A stretch of 62,790 nt of DNA, the filler included, from Globobulimina sp. (Eukaryota): NCBI GenBank assembly GCA_003354225.1. It is 29 parts of 29 records of this genome, joined end to end, with 100 filler letters (N's around TTAATTAATTAA, not from the genome) between each part and the next. Parts side by side here need not be neighbours in the genome. Positions count along the whole stretch, not along the records: positions 49,889 to 51,955 come from PIVH01009273.1; positions 52,056 to 54,122 come from PIVH01009274.1; positions 54,223 to 56,289 come from PIVH01009275.1; positions 56,390 to 58,456 come from PIVH01009276.1; positions 58,557 to 60,623 come from PIVH01009277.1; positions 60,724 to 62,790 come from PIVH01009278.1; 23 more parts are not named here. One strand, written 5' to 3'. Numbering within the stretch: position 1 is the stretch's first letter; the number at the start of each line of letters is the position of its first letter. Below are positions 49,895 through 61,559 of this stretch, one piece after another. The translations under genes were made by a program, and so were the position numbers. The notes under the pieces are model-generated. The model was not told where the DNA came from. It did not search any database and worked only from the letters and a program-made list of their open reading frames with translations.

Positions 49895-51230
49895 TCAGTA
49901 AATGCCATTTGGTAATTTACCACCATTGGCAAAAGACAAAGAATACGGATGCTTCCATTTTTTAATCTCACTCAATCTCACATCACTTTTACTCATTGCA
50001 TCAATTAATTCCACCACATTATCCAAATACATTTCGCTTTCTTTTGTATTATCTCCGTCCTCCGAATATTGACAAAGCACAATCACTTTTTGCTTCTCCT
50101 GCACACATTTTCTATATAATTTCTTTGCGATTCCATGTCCAATCACTTTATAACACCCATCTTCATCCTCAATGCTATCCTTATCCTTATCATCATCCTT
50201 CAATGAGGCCATCCATTTCAATCCACCATCAACAGCGGATAACGGACATCCATAATACACCATTTTTATACCACTTTTGGTTTCAAAATCACTCCGTTTT
50301 GTGATATATTCCGATGTCAAAACAATAACTTTCTCAAACTCATATTTCTCAATAAATCGCATCAAACCATCAACGTATTCCGCTCTGCCACCAATTCGAA
50401 CATTACATCGTTGCTGAATCAATGTCAAATTACATTCTTTATTCCAATATACCTCCACTGGCATATTCAACACTGTTTTTCCTTTATTTCTCTCCTTTTT
50501 TGTCATAAGTCCGTTATTTCCCACTCCACAAACCATATTTCGATCATTTATAAATCCAATTTTTATTATTTTATGAGAACACATTAATGTCGTCAATAAA
50601 ATATCCATTGCGATTTGCCCAATATTTCCGACACAAACGGTTGGAATTATTAATGTGGAGCCCTTCAGATTTAATGAGGCAATATTTATATCATTACATG
50701 CAATAAAAAAACGTCCAAATGATGTTTTGCTGCTTTTATAGCTGGTTTTTATTTCCATTGCAACTTTTTCTTCTGTTTTTAATGCGGATTTTGTGCTTTT
50801 TCTTGCTGTTTTTATTTGTTTTCGTGGTTTGCGTGCTGTCCACTTTAATTTTTATGTTTTGTTTTTGTTATCCTTGCACTCATCGAATGAGATATATTTA
50901 CTAAACATGACTTATTTGGTGTTGACAATTTGAGTCAATCTGCGTAAATCCAGTGGATGATAAATCCGATTTAATATCTGTTTCTTTGCCAATTTGTATC
51001 ATAACAATACCGCCAGGTTTTAATGTACGCATTATTTCCGAGAGTATAATGCGAGAATAGGATTGTTTGGTAATTCCAGTGCAAACATCGAATGTATTTG
51101 ATTTGATGTCATTCAGTTTTGAATGTTCTTCCCGTGTTAACGTTGTATGTGGCTTGAGATTTGGCAATCTTTCATCTTGAAGAGGGAGATAAAGAATTTT
51201 ACTTTCTTGTGCTTCAAGATTTAATGACAT
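49895..51230 (-). CDS. Anamorsin/Dre2 N-terminal-like domain fused to proteasome assembly chaperone 2 (PAC2)
   Basis: Exon 1 contains LSEIMRTLKPGG..L..TGF. A 64-nt GTTTAG..AAAG intron (50906-50843) joins it in frame to WTARKP, a basic linker and the PAC2 motifs TLIIPTVCVGNIGQIAMDILL, SEDGDN and WKHPYS. Confidence 0.75.
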
Positions 51231-51312
51231 CACTAATGAATTAATTTAACTGTCAAATGTGTGATTTTTTGTATCTTGGAAAATGGTAAGAGACACTAAT
51301 TATTTACTATCA

Positions 51313-51852
51313 TCAACAAATTGTGACACTAAATAGACCTGATTCAGTTTTAGATTCACGTTTTGATGTTTCTTGTTGTGGTGGTGGTTCATAATTAATT
51401 TCCTTGATTGCTTTTAAAATGCTCAATTTATCGCTCCTTCGATCACCCAAAAAACTCAAATCATTGAATCTTAGCGTATCCTTCAACGCGTCAAGTTTGT
51501 GCAAACTAAATCCATTGTTTTGAAACTGCTCAAAATAATTTATAAAACCAATATTATTGAGCCAATCATTCATATTTGAGAAACATTGACATTGTTTCCG
51601 CTGTGCATCTTCACAAAATATATAATTCATGATTATCTCTGCAATTTCTTGATGCACATTTATTTCCTCAATCAGACATTGTAGAATCGGCAGTTCTGTG
51701 CTAATTCGCCTGTATAATTTTCTCGTTTTACTCAAATCTATGCCATTCAGATGTGTCTTACGGATAAAACTGAAACAAAATTCATATCGTTTGATATAGA
51801 AAAAGCCAATACATATCACATAAATCATTGACAATATTTGGATGGATAGCAT
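51313..51852 (-). CDS. Membrane protein with C-terminal SAM-like domain, partial
   Basis: TM helix and MNDWLNNIGFINYFEQFQNNGF..DLSFLG..DKLSILKAI. Confidence 0.55.
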   Translation of the reverse strand: MLSIQILSMIYVICIGFFYIKRYEFCFSFIRKTHLNGIDLSKTRKLYRRISTELPILQCLIEEINVHQEIAEIIMNYIFCEDAQRKQCQCFSNMNDWLNNIGFINYFEQFQNNGFSLHKLDALKDTLRFNDLSFLGDRRSDKLSILKAIKEINYEPPPQQETSKRESKTESGLFSVTIC

Positions 51853-53031
51853 TGCATTAAATTGTTTTAATTCTTTCCAATAAACAGCAAACCATCCGAT
51901 TGGAAATAGAAAAGTAGTTAGAAACTTTAAAAAAATACAGATTGCAAATAATTTCNNNNNNNNNNNNNNNNNNNNNNNNNNNNNNNNNNNNNNNNNNNNT
52001 TAATTAATTAANNNNNNNNNNNNNNNNNNNNNNNNNNNNNNNNNNNNNNNNNNNNTAGAATGTTATCAAAAAAATGCACAGAAACATTGCGTAGAGTTGT
52101 AACAGACTTTAATTTGTCAATCGATTTACCAAAAAAATAGATCGACAATTCATTAATTAGTGATATTATTCGCAAAACATCTGATTCCAAAAAAATAGAA
52201 ACCAAAAATGAACATTGATCTCAATTCGCGTACTTATATGAACCAGATTGATTATTTTTGTTTTGTTTTGTTTCTTGTCAGATTGCATGCGCTAAATTAA
52301 TAATTAAATATCGGCTATAACTGAGTCTGAGTCATCTGACTTTTTATAAGCAAAAAAACTAATTTTAAGCAACTAACAGCAACTAAGATGGGTCTCTGTA
52401 GTTCAACAGAAAATGTGTCAAAAGTCGACGTAAATATTGATGAAGAAGATAAGAAAGATACTGTACATTCCATGACCAGGCCACAAAATAAATCAATTCC
52501 TCCCACACCAGAAGCATCTGAAAACAGTTCCGTATGATGTACTTGTTTGAGCACGCGACATTTTACAAATTAAACCCAAACAAAAAAAGGAGGCATTGGT
52601 GATATTGGTCAAATAGTATCATTTTCCAACAAAGTTTAGATCGTAAGATTACTGAAAAAAAGACATTAATGTAAATTAAATTAAATTAAATTTTTAATTA
52701 AACGTTTTATTCTTTTTATAATAGTGGATTTATATAATCAAACCGTTGACGGTTTTAAACAGCCCGAACTATGAATGATCGAAACATACAGAGATCAATT
52801 CATACATTCTATATTCTTTTACAATATTTGTGATCAATCTTGCTTGATGTTATATCTTTATTTTATAATAATAAAAGTCAGGATAAAAGTGTTTCTATTT
52901 TGTTCCAATTCGATATTTCTTTTTCTGTAATATACATAAACGACAATGGATCATAAAACAGGAACGACAATGATTGTGAAAATTAGTATAAATGAAAGAA
53001 ATCCTTGCACTCAGAAACGAAAAGAAAAAGC

Positions 53032-54122
53032 ATGTCACAATCAAGTCATAATCAAGAAGCAGTCGATGAAAGCCATATCATCAAACAAGGATTGCTACAA
53101 AAAAAAAGTTAAATAGTAATTATATATTATCAAATTGATTCGTATTTGTATTTGACATATGATCTGTAGGCAGCCATATTGGTTCATGGAGATCACGATG
53201 GACAGTTTTGAGTCCACACTGTTTATTTACATTTAAGACTCGAAATGAGAAAGAAAACGCGACCGTTATAATACCGCTATCCAATATACATAATGTCCGG
53301 TCATCGACAGACACAATATTTTGCATTGAAGCTGAAGCAGACAATAATTATAAATTGAGAGCAAATTCAGAGTCTGAAAAACAAGAATGGATAAATGCCA
53401 TCAATGCGTATTCTCAAAATTGTATCAAAATACCCATTGCCATTCAATGTGATCGAAATAAGGATTTTAACCACAATTTTGATTTAAGAGTTCCATTTGA
53501 TTTAAATTATGCATATTCTGTGAATAAACTGATTGAAGATATTATAGATTGGATAGAAAAGCAACATTCTCCAATCACATTCTTTGCGGCGCAAATTGAA
53601 ACTGACTCATTTATTGGACAGCAACTAAATTATTCTGATTATGACTGGAAAAATATGAATGCGAACATCACTGATTATGCTAAATCAGATGTGATTGGAT
53701 TGGGAATGCATTTGTTGACTGACATTAATATTTATAAACATAATGTAAGCTCATTCGAATTGGATTTGTGTGAAGAAATGAAGAGTAATAATGGTTTATG
53801 CCCGATTTATGCCAAAATGAAATATCAATTTACTTTTTCTGAACAATATTTGTCGCATTTATACGAATATAAACATGTTAACCAAACTGAATGCGACCAC
53901 GGTGATAAATGTTATGCGTACAAAAGATTGGAGGAAGGAGGCAATGATTTGGCAGATCGGTGTCATGCAATGATATATAAACATCCGCCGAGAAGAAGAA
54001 AAGAAAAATTAAAAGAAGGGATAAACTCATTTTGTTTAAATGACGAATGGGCAGAAAATGTGCCATTATTTGATGTTGCTGACGAATATAAAGCAGATTA
54101 TAAGGAAGAAGATGGATTTCTG
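53032..54122 (+). CDS. PH-domain protein with Cys/His zinc-finger-like motifs, 3' truncated
   Basis: IIKQGLLQKKS(intron 53108-53169)SHIGSWRSRWTVL..LRANSESEKQEWINAI, and later C..G..C..Y..CH....H. Confidence 0.8.
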
Positions 54123-54223
54123 NNNNNNNNNNNNNNNNNNNNNNNNNNNNNNNNNNNNNNNNNNNNTTAATTAATTAANNNNNNNNNNNNNNNNNNNNNN
54201 NNNNNNNNNNNNNNNNNNNNNNA

Positions 54224-54583
54224 ATGTACCGTTTAATAAATTCAGACTATTACGGCTTTGGAGATGACGATGACAATGAATTGTTTTGGAGGGAAAAAAA
54301 TATGCAGCAAAAATTACGCAAAGCTAAAATTGAACAATGGAGGAAAGACAATAAAAATGACACTCAGAAACGATCGTTTTTGGAAATGGATAAGGAGATT
54401 AATGATAGAATGGGTGATATCGATGGGAAGCGGAGGAAGAAAAAAAGAATGAGAGTGACAAAGATCAGCGGTTATGTGCCCAGTCAGGAGGAAATTGATA
54501 AAGCTATTTTACACAAACGAAAGGAGTTATTGTTGAAAAAATATGTTGGGAATGATGGTGATACGGAGGAAGCAAAGAGTTGA
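54224..54583 (+). CDS. ISY1: Pre-mRNA splicing factor ISY1, C-terminal part
   Basis: DYYGFGDDDD and VPSQEEIDKAILHKRKELLLKKY. Confidence 0.8.
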   Translation: MYRLINSDYYGFGDDDDNELFWREKNMQQKLRKAKIEQWRKDNKNDTQKRSFLEMDKEINDRMGDIDGKRRKKKRMRVTKISGYVPSQEEIDKAILHKRKELLLKKYVGNDGDTEEAKS

Positions 54584-55540
54584 GCAAAAAGTTTACAAAT
54601 ACAACAAATTCATGATAGATTGAATGCAAATGCGAATGAAAAGGATGATGATGGAGATCAGGATATTGATATGAAGGAAGACAAATGATGGACTGTTTTG
54701 TGACTTTGTTGAATAACACAAATTGTATTAATAACTCGATTGTATCATCAGTGCAGATTATGATTCAGCCAGCCTTTTAGCGCAAGGATGGAATGCGTGC
54801 GTTCTTTTTAATAATTTTTCTAAAACTTTGCAGTACATCACAACATGGTAGCTATAGCTGTATTGTGGCTTGTTCCACTAATTGTTGCAATAGGAAATGG
54901 TATGAAAAATGGAACAAATCGTACGTTGCCAAGTGTTGGATGTGAGAGATTAATGCAAACTCATACAAGAGCGACTGCACGAGCGCATTTAAAACAAGGG
55001 ATGCCAAGATTCATTGGAGATGGATGTGGTAAACGCGTACCGATAGTAAATGAGTTTCTTGGTGGTGTAAGTGCCAAAGAAGTAATGGGCCACAGTCCAC
55101 AAGTGGCAAAAGGTACAAGTTGATTATTATAGATACATATTTGTTTTCTTTTGGTTAACGAATTTATTTTTGTTTAAAATAGATACAAGAAGACGTGGTT
55201 CAGTGGAAATAGAGATGCATGTCGATGGTGTTGAGGGTTCAACATTGCCATCGTCATCATATCACAAAAGACCGCTGACTCAGAGTCAGAGCTTGAGAAG
55301 AAAGCCCGGACATTGTCAATAAGTTGTTTTCATTAATGAACATTGTCTGTTTCCGTTTCCATTTCCATTAATGACCTTTTGTGTTTCTCATAATGCGATG
55401 ATGTGTTAATTTAGTCCCAGAAACGCATTTATATCTATATTAAATCATTTAATTATTTAGCGACCACACCAGCCAGAAGGCAATAATGTCTAAGTTCTGT
55501 GTAGATACCGCTTTCATCATATTATTATTTGCAATGTAAT

Positions 55541-55996
55541 GTATTCAAAAAGATAACCTCTCCGTGGTCGATAAGTTGAATACATTTTTTCAATTATTTG
55601 AGAAACGGTTTGCAATTCCAGAAACAGTTTGCTATAGATTTGTCTTGGATTTGACTGTGTTTGTTATAACTTTGCGATTTACAATATTGTAATTTTATTT
55701 GAGTCCGTTTGCGTGTACTACAAATTATCATATTTATAAATTGCAACAAACCTACGTCAATTCAACATTATCGGTCAGCACCAAATTCATTCAGAAATAT
55801 AGTTATTGGGAGTGGATGTATTGCAACAGGACAATTCAATTATCAATTTGTTCTGACTTTGTTCTGGATTTGCAAACCCAAGACAAAGTTATAGCAAACC
55901 GTTTCTGGATTTGCAAGGAGTTTCTCAGATAATTGAATAAAATGTATACAACTTATCGACCAGGGAGGGGGGGCTTATCTTTTTAATAGCATCGTT
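55541..55996. mobile_element. Fold-back/MITE-like element with about 110-nt imperfect inverted arms
   Basis: AAAAGATAACCTCTCCGTGGTCGATAAGTTGAATACATT..TTTGTCTTGGATTTG (55547-55653) is the near reverse complement of 55873-55984. Confidence 0.85.
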
Positions 55997-56389
55997 TAGT
56001 TGGATCGTGTAAAACACTCATTTAACCCTTTTTTATTAACAGCATCGTGTTTAAGAGTTGCTATAATGATATCAATATTATGCAATATAAATCATTAGAC
56101 ACTAATAATACGTATACCGGAACAAGCAGAATGAATGCAAATTCATCAGTTAATCCTAGAATGGAATACAAAACAACGTTTGATTTCTATAAAATACTGG
56201 TTTCTATTATTTCATGTGGTTATGCAGTTGTTACAAAAGGTTTGGATATTATATCCTTGCACTTTACTATCATAAATGTATAAATGTATNNNNNNNNNNN
56301 NNNNNNNNNNNNNNNNNNNNNNNNNNNNNNNNNTTAATTAATTAANNNNNNNNNNNNNNNNNNNNNNNNNNNNNNNNNNNNNNNNNNNN

Positions 56390-56687
56390 CATTTATATAA
56401 TAAAAAAGGTGAGAAATGGAAAAATATTGATAAGGAGAAAATATTTTTAGAAAATTTCTTAAGTGATGATGGTAAAAAACGATTTGTTGTCAACGAATCA
56501 TTCATACCATTTGGTGTTGGGAGAAGAAATTGTGTCGGAAAAGGATTAGCAATGAAAGAAATACAAATTACTTATAAATTAACATTGGATAAAGAAATTG
56601 ATATTAAATGTATTGGATTATAGAACGCCAAAGACTGGCACAATGTTTATTGATCCGCCCATTGGAGTTAAAGTGCAACCGTTATAG
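56390..56687 (+). pseudogene. Cytochrome P450 C-terminal fragment
   Basis: Heme-binding motif FIPFGVGRRNCVGKGLAMKEI. The flanking frames are disrupted. Confidence 0.75.
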
Positions 56688-56875
56688 TTATACATAATTT
56701 TATGTTTACCGTAACATATTATAGTTTATATTAAACACAACCAGAGTTAGTGCTTGCATCCAAACATTCTTTTCACTAAAAGTTTTATAAAATCTGCATT
56801 AGAGGTTTAGGGATGACCACACTGACTCTTTCGTCATTTTCTTGGAACTACTGAGCAGTGAGCACTTGAGATAGA

Positions 56876-58127
56876 ATGCATCCATCAAAAATGACTGGTA
56901 TTAACCAACTTTTGGTTGAAGGTTACATCAGAAAAAATGAATGGAATAATCTAATTCCGCAAGATATAGTTTATGTAATATACATTTCATTTGTTACAAT
57001 ATTGACAATTTGTGAGGGACAAACTGTAGAATTACAAAGTGATAAATTACATGATTATTCATCGATAATTATTGAAAAGAAAGCAAATTTAACAACAAAT
57101 GAATGGGATGCAAAGAAAAAATGCGGTGGGAAATTATATTTAAAAGTTTTACATAATATAACATTCAAAGCACACAGTTCAATCAATTTAAATGCTAAAG
57201 GATATAAAGGAGCAAATAATCCGAATGAAACAGGAGAATCAATTAAAGGAAAAGCAACATATAAACACAATAACAAAAATAAACAGAAATTTATAACATT
57301 CAATATATTGCCATGGTCCTCTCAGAGATGGTCAAACTCGATCAGGTTTGGCTTATGGTGGAGGTGGAGGTGGATATGCAACAAAAGGCGGAGCAGGACA
57401 ATTTTTTTGGGACTATTCCAAGCGATGTGGTGTTGGCGGAGCTTGTTATGGTGAAACAAATAAACGTTTTAAAAAAGGATTGTATTTAGGCAGCGGTGGA
57501 GGAGCTGGAATGGAATTTGTTGATCCTGAGTGGAAAAATGATGTGCAACGAGGTAGTAATAAAATTAGTGGAGGGAATGGAGGAGGGGCAGTATACATTG
57601 ACTGTGGTGGATCAATCATAATGAATGAATACAAACATTGTAAAATTCTATGTAATGGGGGTTATGGTGAAAATATAGGAAGTGGAGGAGAGAGAAGATA
57701 TGACTGTTGGAGTGGCAGTGGGAGCGGAGGAAGTATATACCTTAGGTTTGGTGTTGGATTTTTGATTGGTACTAAATGCAAAATTGAAGCCCTCGGAGGT
57801 GTACAACAACAGATCGCTGGAATGGATTATGACTCTGTTGATGATGTTGGAGCGGGAACGGGAGGGAATGGAAGAATATATATACAATATAACGGAAATA
57901 GAAACAAATTTGTATTGAATAATTCGCACAGAATTTTCCCCAAAGCATTTGTTGATAAAAGTATCGTTCTCAAAACAAACTATCACAAAGAGGCCCCTAT
58001 GTGTCCTGATGATGAAAGTTATGAATGGATGAACATACAACATCGTTCAAGATACGATGAAGAGAGTGAATCGGATCTATCCTCAGATGAGGATGACGAT
58101 AATAAAGAGGGGATAGATGATATTTGA
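56876..58127 (+). pseudogene. F-box-like motif + glycine-rich repeat protein, frameshifted
   Basis: LLVEGYIR..IPQDI N-terminus. GGKLYL, INLNAKGYKG, YGGGGGGY, LYLGSGGG, GGNGGGAVYI and GTGGNGRIYI are split over ORFs 56876-57454 and 57348-58127. Confidence 0.6.
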
Positions 58128-58287
58128 AAGTCAGAAAACTGTACTTGCTTTAATTGGCATCTCATTGTGCATGCAACAAAATAAAAATTATAAATTGTTT
58201 GTGTGTGTATTTAGTGCAATATTTGTACATATTTGTGTGAAAGTATTTAGTAGTTTGCCATCTTTGTTGTGAATATCAATTTTTTTC

Positions 58288-58350
58288 ATACCTTCTCGGC
58301 CTTTTGGCTAAGATCAAGTGTAGTATCAGTTCTTCTCAATAACTGACATA
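58288..58350 (+). ncRNA. U2: U2 spliceosomal snRNA 5' domain (variant or pseudogene)
   Basis: ATACCTTCTCGGCCTTTTGGCTAAGATCAAGTGTAGTATCAGTTCTT matches the conserved U2 5' end, including the branch-recognition sequence GTAGTA. Similarity fades after about 50 nt. Confidence 0.85.
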
Positions 58351-58748
58351 TTTGCATCTGTAAAACAAACAATCAAATCGAATAAACTCGTACAATCATT
58401 CGCAATTTTAACATCAATATATGCTGCTCGTAATTTGTATTTATTCGCTTACCGAANNNNNNNNNNNNNNNNNNNNNNNNNNNNNNNNNNNNNNNNNNNN
58501 TTAATTAATTAANNNNNNNNNNNNNNNNNNNNNNNNNNNNNNNNNNNNNNNNNNNNTTCTTGAGCCAATTTGGCACCCTAAATAAAGAACTACTTTCTTT
58601 TTGCGAGGAAGAACTACGTTTCAAATTTTGCATCAGACTTACGTTTTAAATACACATTTAAAATTCCATACTTTTTTAATCAAGCAATAACAACAAATAT
58701 TCAGATGTCTGCACAGACACACACCAGCCACTCCTTTCCAATAACATC

Positions 58749-60623
58749 CTATGAAATGATGCAACCACCACCACCATCACTACTATCACTATCTTGATAA
58801 TATGTTTGCCTTTCTTTTTGAAGTCTATTTTTTTCCCTCGCCAATTTGTTACGTTGTCTCACTTTTGCGTTATACTGATCAACTTTTTTTCTTTCCAGTT
58901 GTTGCTGGTATTCAAATTGTCTCCGTTTGGCAGCTTCTTGCTTAGATAAAGAATCCCGTGTTGCAAACAACTGTTCCTCTATACCAACACATTCAATCTG
59001 CTTTTGTAAACAGAAAATATAACCTTTCATTAATGTAACATTCTCATTTTCTAAGCCTTGTTTGTTGCTTTTAAGCCCTTGGATTGATTCATATAAAATT
59101 GCTTTTAACTCATACAATCTATTATTTATTTCTGTAGTTTTTCCAATTAATTCATTATCTAATAAATCTCTGTCATCATTTAAACTTTGTACCTTCTCCC
59201 TAAATCTTTCCATTTCTTCTTCATATTCATTTCTAGCTCGATTATGTTCAGCCACCGCTGCATTCCGTCGTTCCGTTTCATTCGATTTATCAATTTCAAG
59301 TTCATTTCGTTCATCTTCAAGTGTAGTTTTTTCATTTTGTAATCTATCCTTTTCTCGCTGTTTTGATCTGATTAACTCTTCATACTCTTTTTGTTTTCGA
59401 ATCAATGCTTTATATTCTTGAATTTTATTTTTATGGTTATTCTGCTGAGTTGAATATTGATTAAATTTCCTTCTGAATCTTCTGATTTGATGCTCAGTAA
59501 ATCCAATGTCGAGTAAATCTTCATCTTCTAAGTGAGCCTCATCCCATGTTTCTACATCATATTGATTCGTATCAACAAATGTTTGATAAAATGGTTCAAA
59601 ACCCCATTCTTGTAATAATCGTTTACATTCATTCTTTTTCCTATTGGCGAAGTCTCCCATTTCAGATGGATTATCATGATCTGCCCTGTCGTCGTATGCT
59701 CTCATTGCTGCAATCTCTTCTTCAGTAAATTTTCGTTCTATTTCATCTCTGATTTGTTTCATTGCATCCTCCAAACTAATTATTTCCTCTCTTACTACCA
59801 CCAATTTTGCATTGCGGTTACTTATATCTCTGGCTTTTATCTCAATTTCTTGCACCAATTGTTTTATTGATTCATCATATCTTTCTGTATGGAAGTGTTC
59901 ATCCACATTAATGGGTGGTTCTTGTGCAGCAATACCATTTTCATTGCTTTCCAAACGATTTTCAATCTCTTTTTGTTGGTTTAACAAACACATCAATGCA
60001 GTGTCCTTTTCTGCCCATTCTGATGGCGTAGTGTCATCGAAATCCGTTTGTAACCGTTCAATCTCAATTTCTAATTGGCGGATTGCGTCAACATTTGCAG
60101 TTCTTTGATCATTAATACGTTTTGCTACGGCTGCATACTGATGGAAAGTTTGTTTATTTTGATTAATTTTTAGGTTGTTTGCATTGATTTTATCTATAAT
60201 ATTACTATGCTGTGAACGTATTACTTTCGCCTTTGAACGTATTCTTGCGAGTTGTTGTGAAATATGCTTTTTATCATTATCTAATTCGGTAATTTGATGT
60301 GTACAATCTTGAATTTCTGCCGATAATGTATCAATAACACCATCCGCAGCCCGACAATCGTCATAACACATAAGTGCAATTCCGCAGGCTATTACAGTCA
60401 CAGTTGCTGCCACCAAAAACCACAAAAAATTGCCATTAAACTTTGTAAATGATAACAATTTCTGTCCTTGCTGTGCTTCATAATATTGAATCCTTAATTT
60501 CCAATAAGTTTCATCTTTATCTTTCCACTTTTGTTGATCCATTTTTTCGTCACTAATATTAACATCATGGTTACCACGAATATCATCAATTGACTCATAT
60601 TTTGCTAATTTTTCAATAATATC
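58749..60623 (-). CDS. Long coiled-coil protein with TM segment, embedded SAM-like domain and C-terminal CaaX, 5' partial
   Basis: Heptad-rich sequence, LLQEWGFEPFYQTF..DEDLLDIGF..IRRF, and the ending GGGGCIIS-stop. Confidence 0.7.
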   Translation of the reverse strand, partial: DIIEKLAKYESIDDIRGNHDVNISDEKMDQQKWKDKDETYWKLRIQYYEAQQGQKLLSFTKFNGNFLWFLVAATVTVIACGIALMCYDDCRAADGVIDTLSAEIQDCTHQITELDNDKKHISQQLARIRSKAKVIRSQHSNIIDKINANNLKINQNKQTFHQYAAVAKRINDQRTANVDAIRQLEIEIERLQTDFDDTTPSEWAEKDTALMCLLNQQKEIENRLESNENGIAAQEPPINVDEHFHTERYDESIKQLVQEIEIKARDISNRNAKLVVVREEIISLEDAMKQIRDEIERKFTEEEIAAMRAYDDRADHDNPSEMGDFANRKKNECKRLLQEWGFEPFYQTFVDTNQYDVETWDEAHLEDEDLLDIGFTEHQIRRFRRKFNQYSTQQNNHKNKIQEYKALIRKQKEYEELIRSKQREKDRLQNEKTTLEDERNELEIDKSNETERRNAAVAEHNRARNEYEEEMERFREKVQSLNDDRDLLDNELIGKTTEINNRLYELKAILYESIQGLKSNKQGLENENVTLMKGYIFCLQKQIECVGIEEQLFATRDSLSKQEAAKRRQFEYQQQLERKKVDQYNAKVRQRNKLAREKNRLQKERQTYYQDSDSSDGGGGCIIS

Positions 60624-60795
60624 NNNNNNNNNNNNNNNNNNNNNNNNNNNNNNNNNNNNNNNNNNNNTTAATTAATTAANNNNNNNNNNNNNNNNNNNNN
60701 NNNNNNNNNNNNNNNNNNNNNNNAATTTTTACAGAATCGGAAATACAAAAAAGTACTGTTTTTATGAAATTAAAAGTTTTGAGGATTCAAAAAAA

Positions 60796-61422
60796 ATGTC
60801 CGTCGATCTTGCAGACACCAAAGCAGATGAGGATGAGTCCTGTGACATTATCAAACTAAATGTGGGGGGTGTCAGGTTTGAAACATCCAAAAGTACTTTA
60901 ATAAAATCGAATTATTTCAAAGCATTGTTATCAAACAATTTTGGTGATCAGCAGCAGGATGGATTTTACTTCATTGACAGGAATGGGAAATATTTTGAAT
61001 ATTTATTAGATTATTTACGTTGTGGATATGTTGCAATTCCTTCCAGATTGGCCAATATTATTCATTTTGAAGCGGAATTTTTTCAAATTGAAATGGATTT
61101 GACTGATATTATCAAAAAAATGCAATCTCCAAATTTAACTTTGCGACATGATGACACATACGATCAGTATCATATCACGATAAACGAAAAAAATTAGCAG
61201 CAAATGCAAAATCGTTACAAAATCACAAATGACATGCTTCAAATTCAGGATTCACAATCTGGTGGTTTTATGGAGATTGCTTTACATTTGGAGAAAGAAT
61301 GGGGATATGAAATTTCACAAATTGCATTGAATACTTCTAGGAATAGCTGGATAGAAAAAATAATTTATATGAAACCAAAAATCGCGGAAACAATTATGAT
61401 TATGTCCAAAAACTCAAAATGA
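60796..61422 (+). pseudogene. KCTD-type BTB/POZ protein with in-frame TAG
   Basis: IIKLNVGGVRFETSKSTL, YFIDRNGKYFEYLLDYLR and EAEFFQI. TAG at 61195-61197, then the same frame continues. Confidence 0.75.
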
Positions 61423-61559
61423 TTATGACTCGGATGCACTTTTTTATCACATCACACAAGTTAAACAACAAACTTTTTTGATTATCGATTCCGCATAACT
61501 ACAAATATTAGTAGTCACACATTGAAACAAAAATAATTAAGCATCACAAACAGACATTT

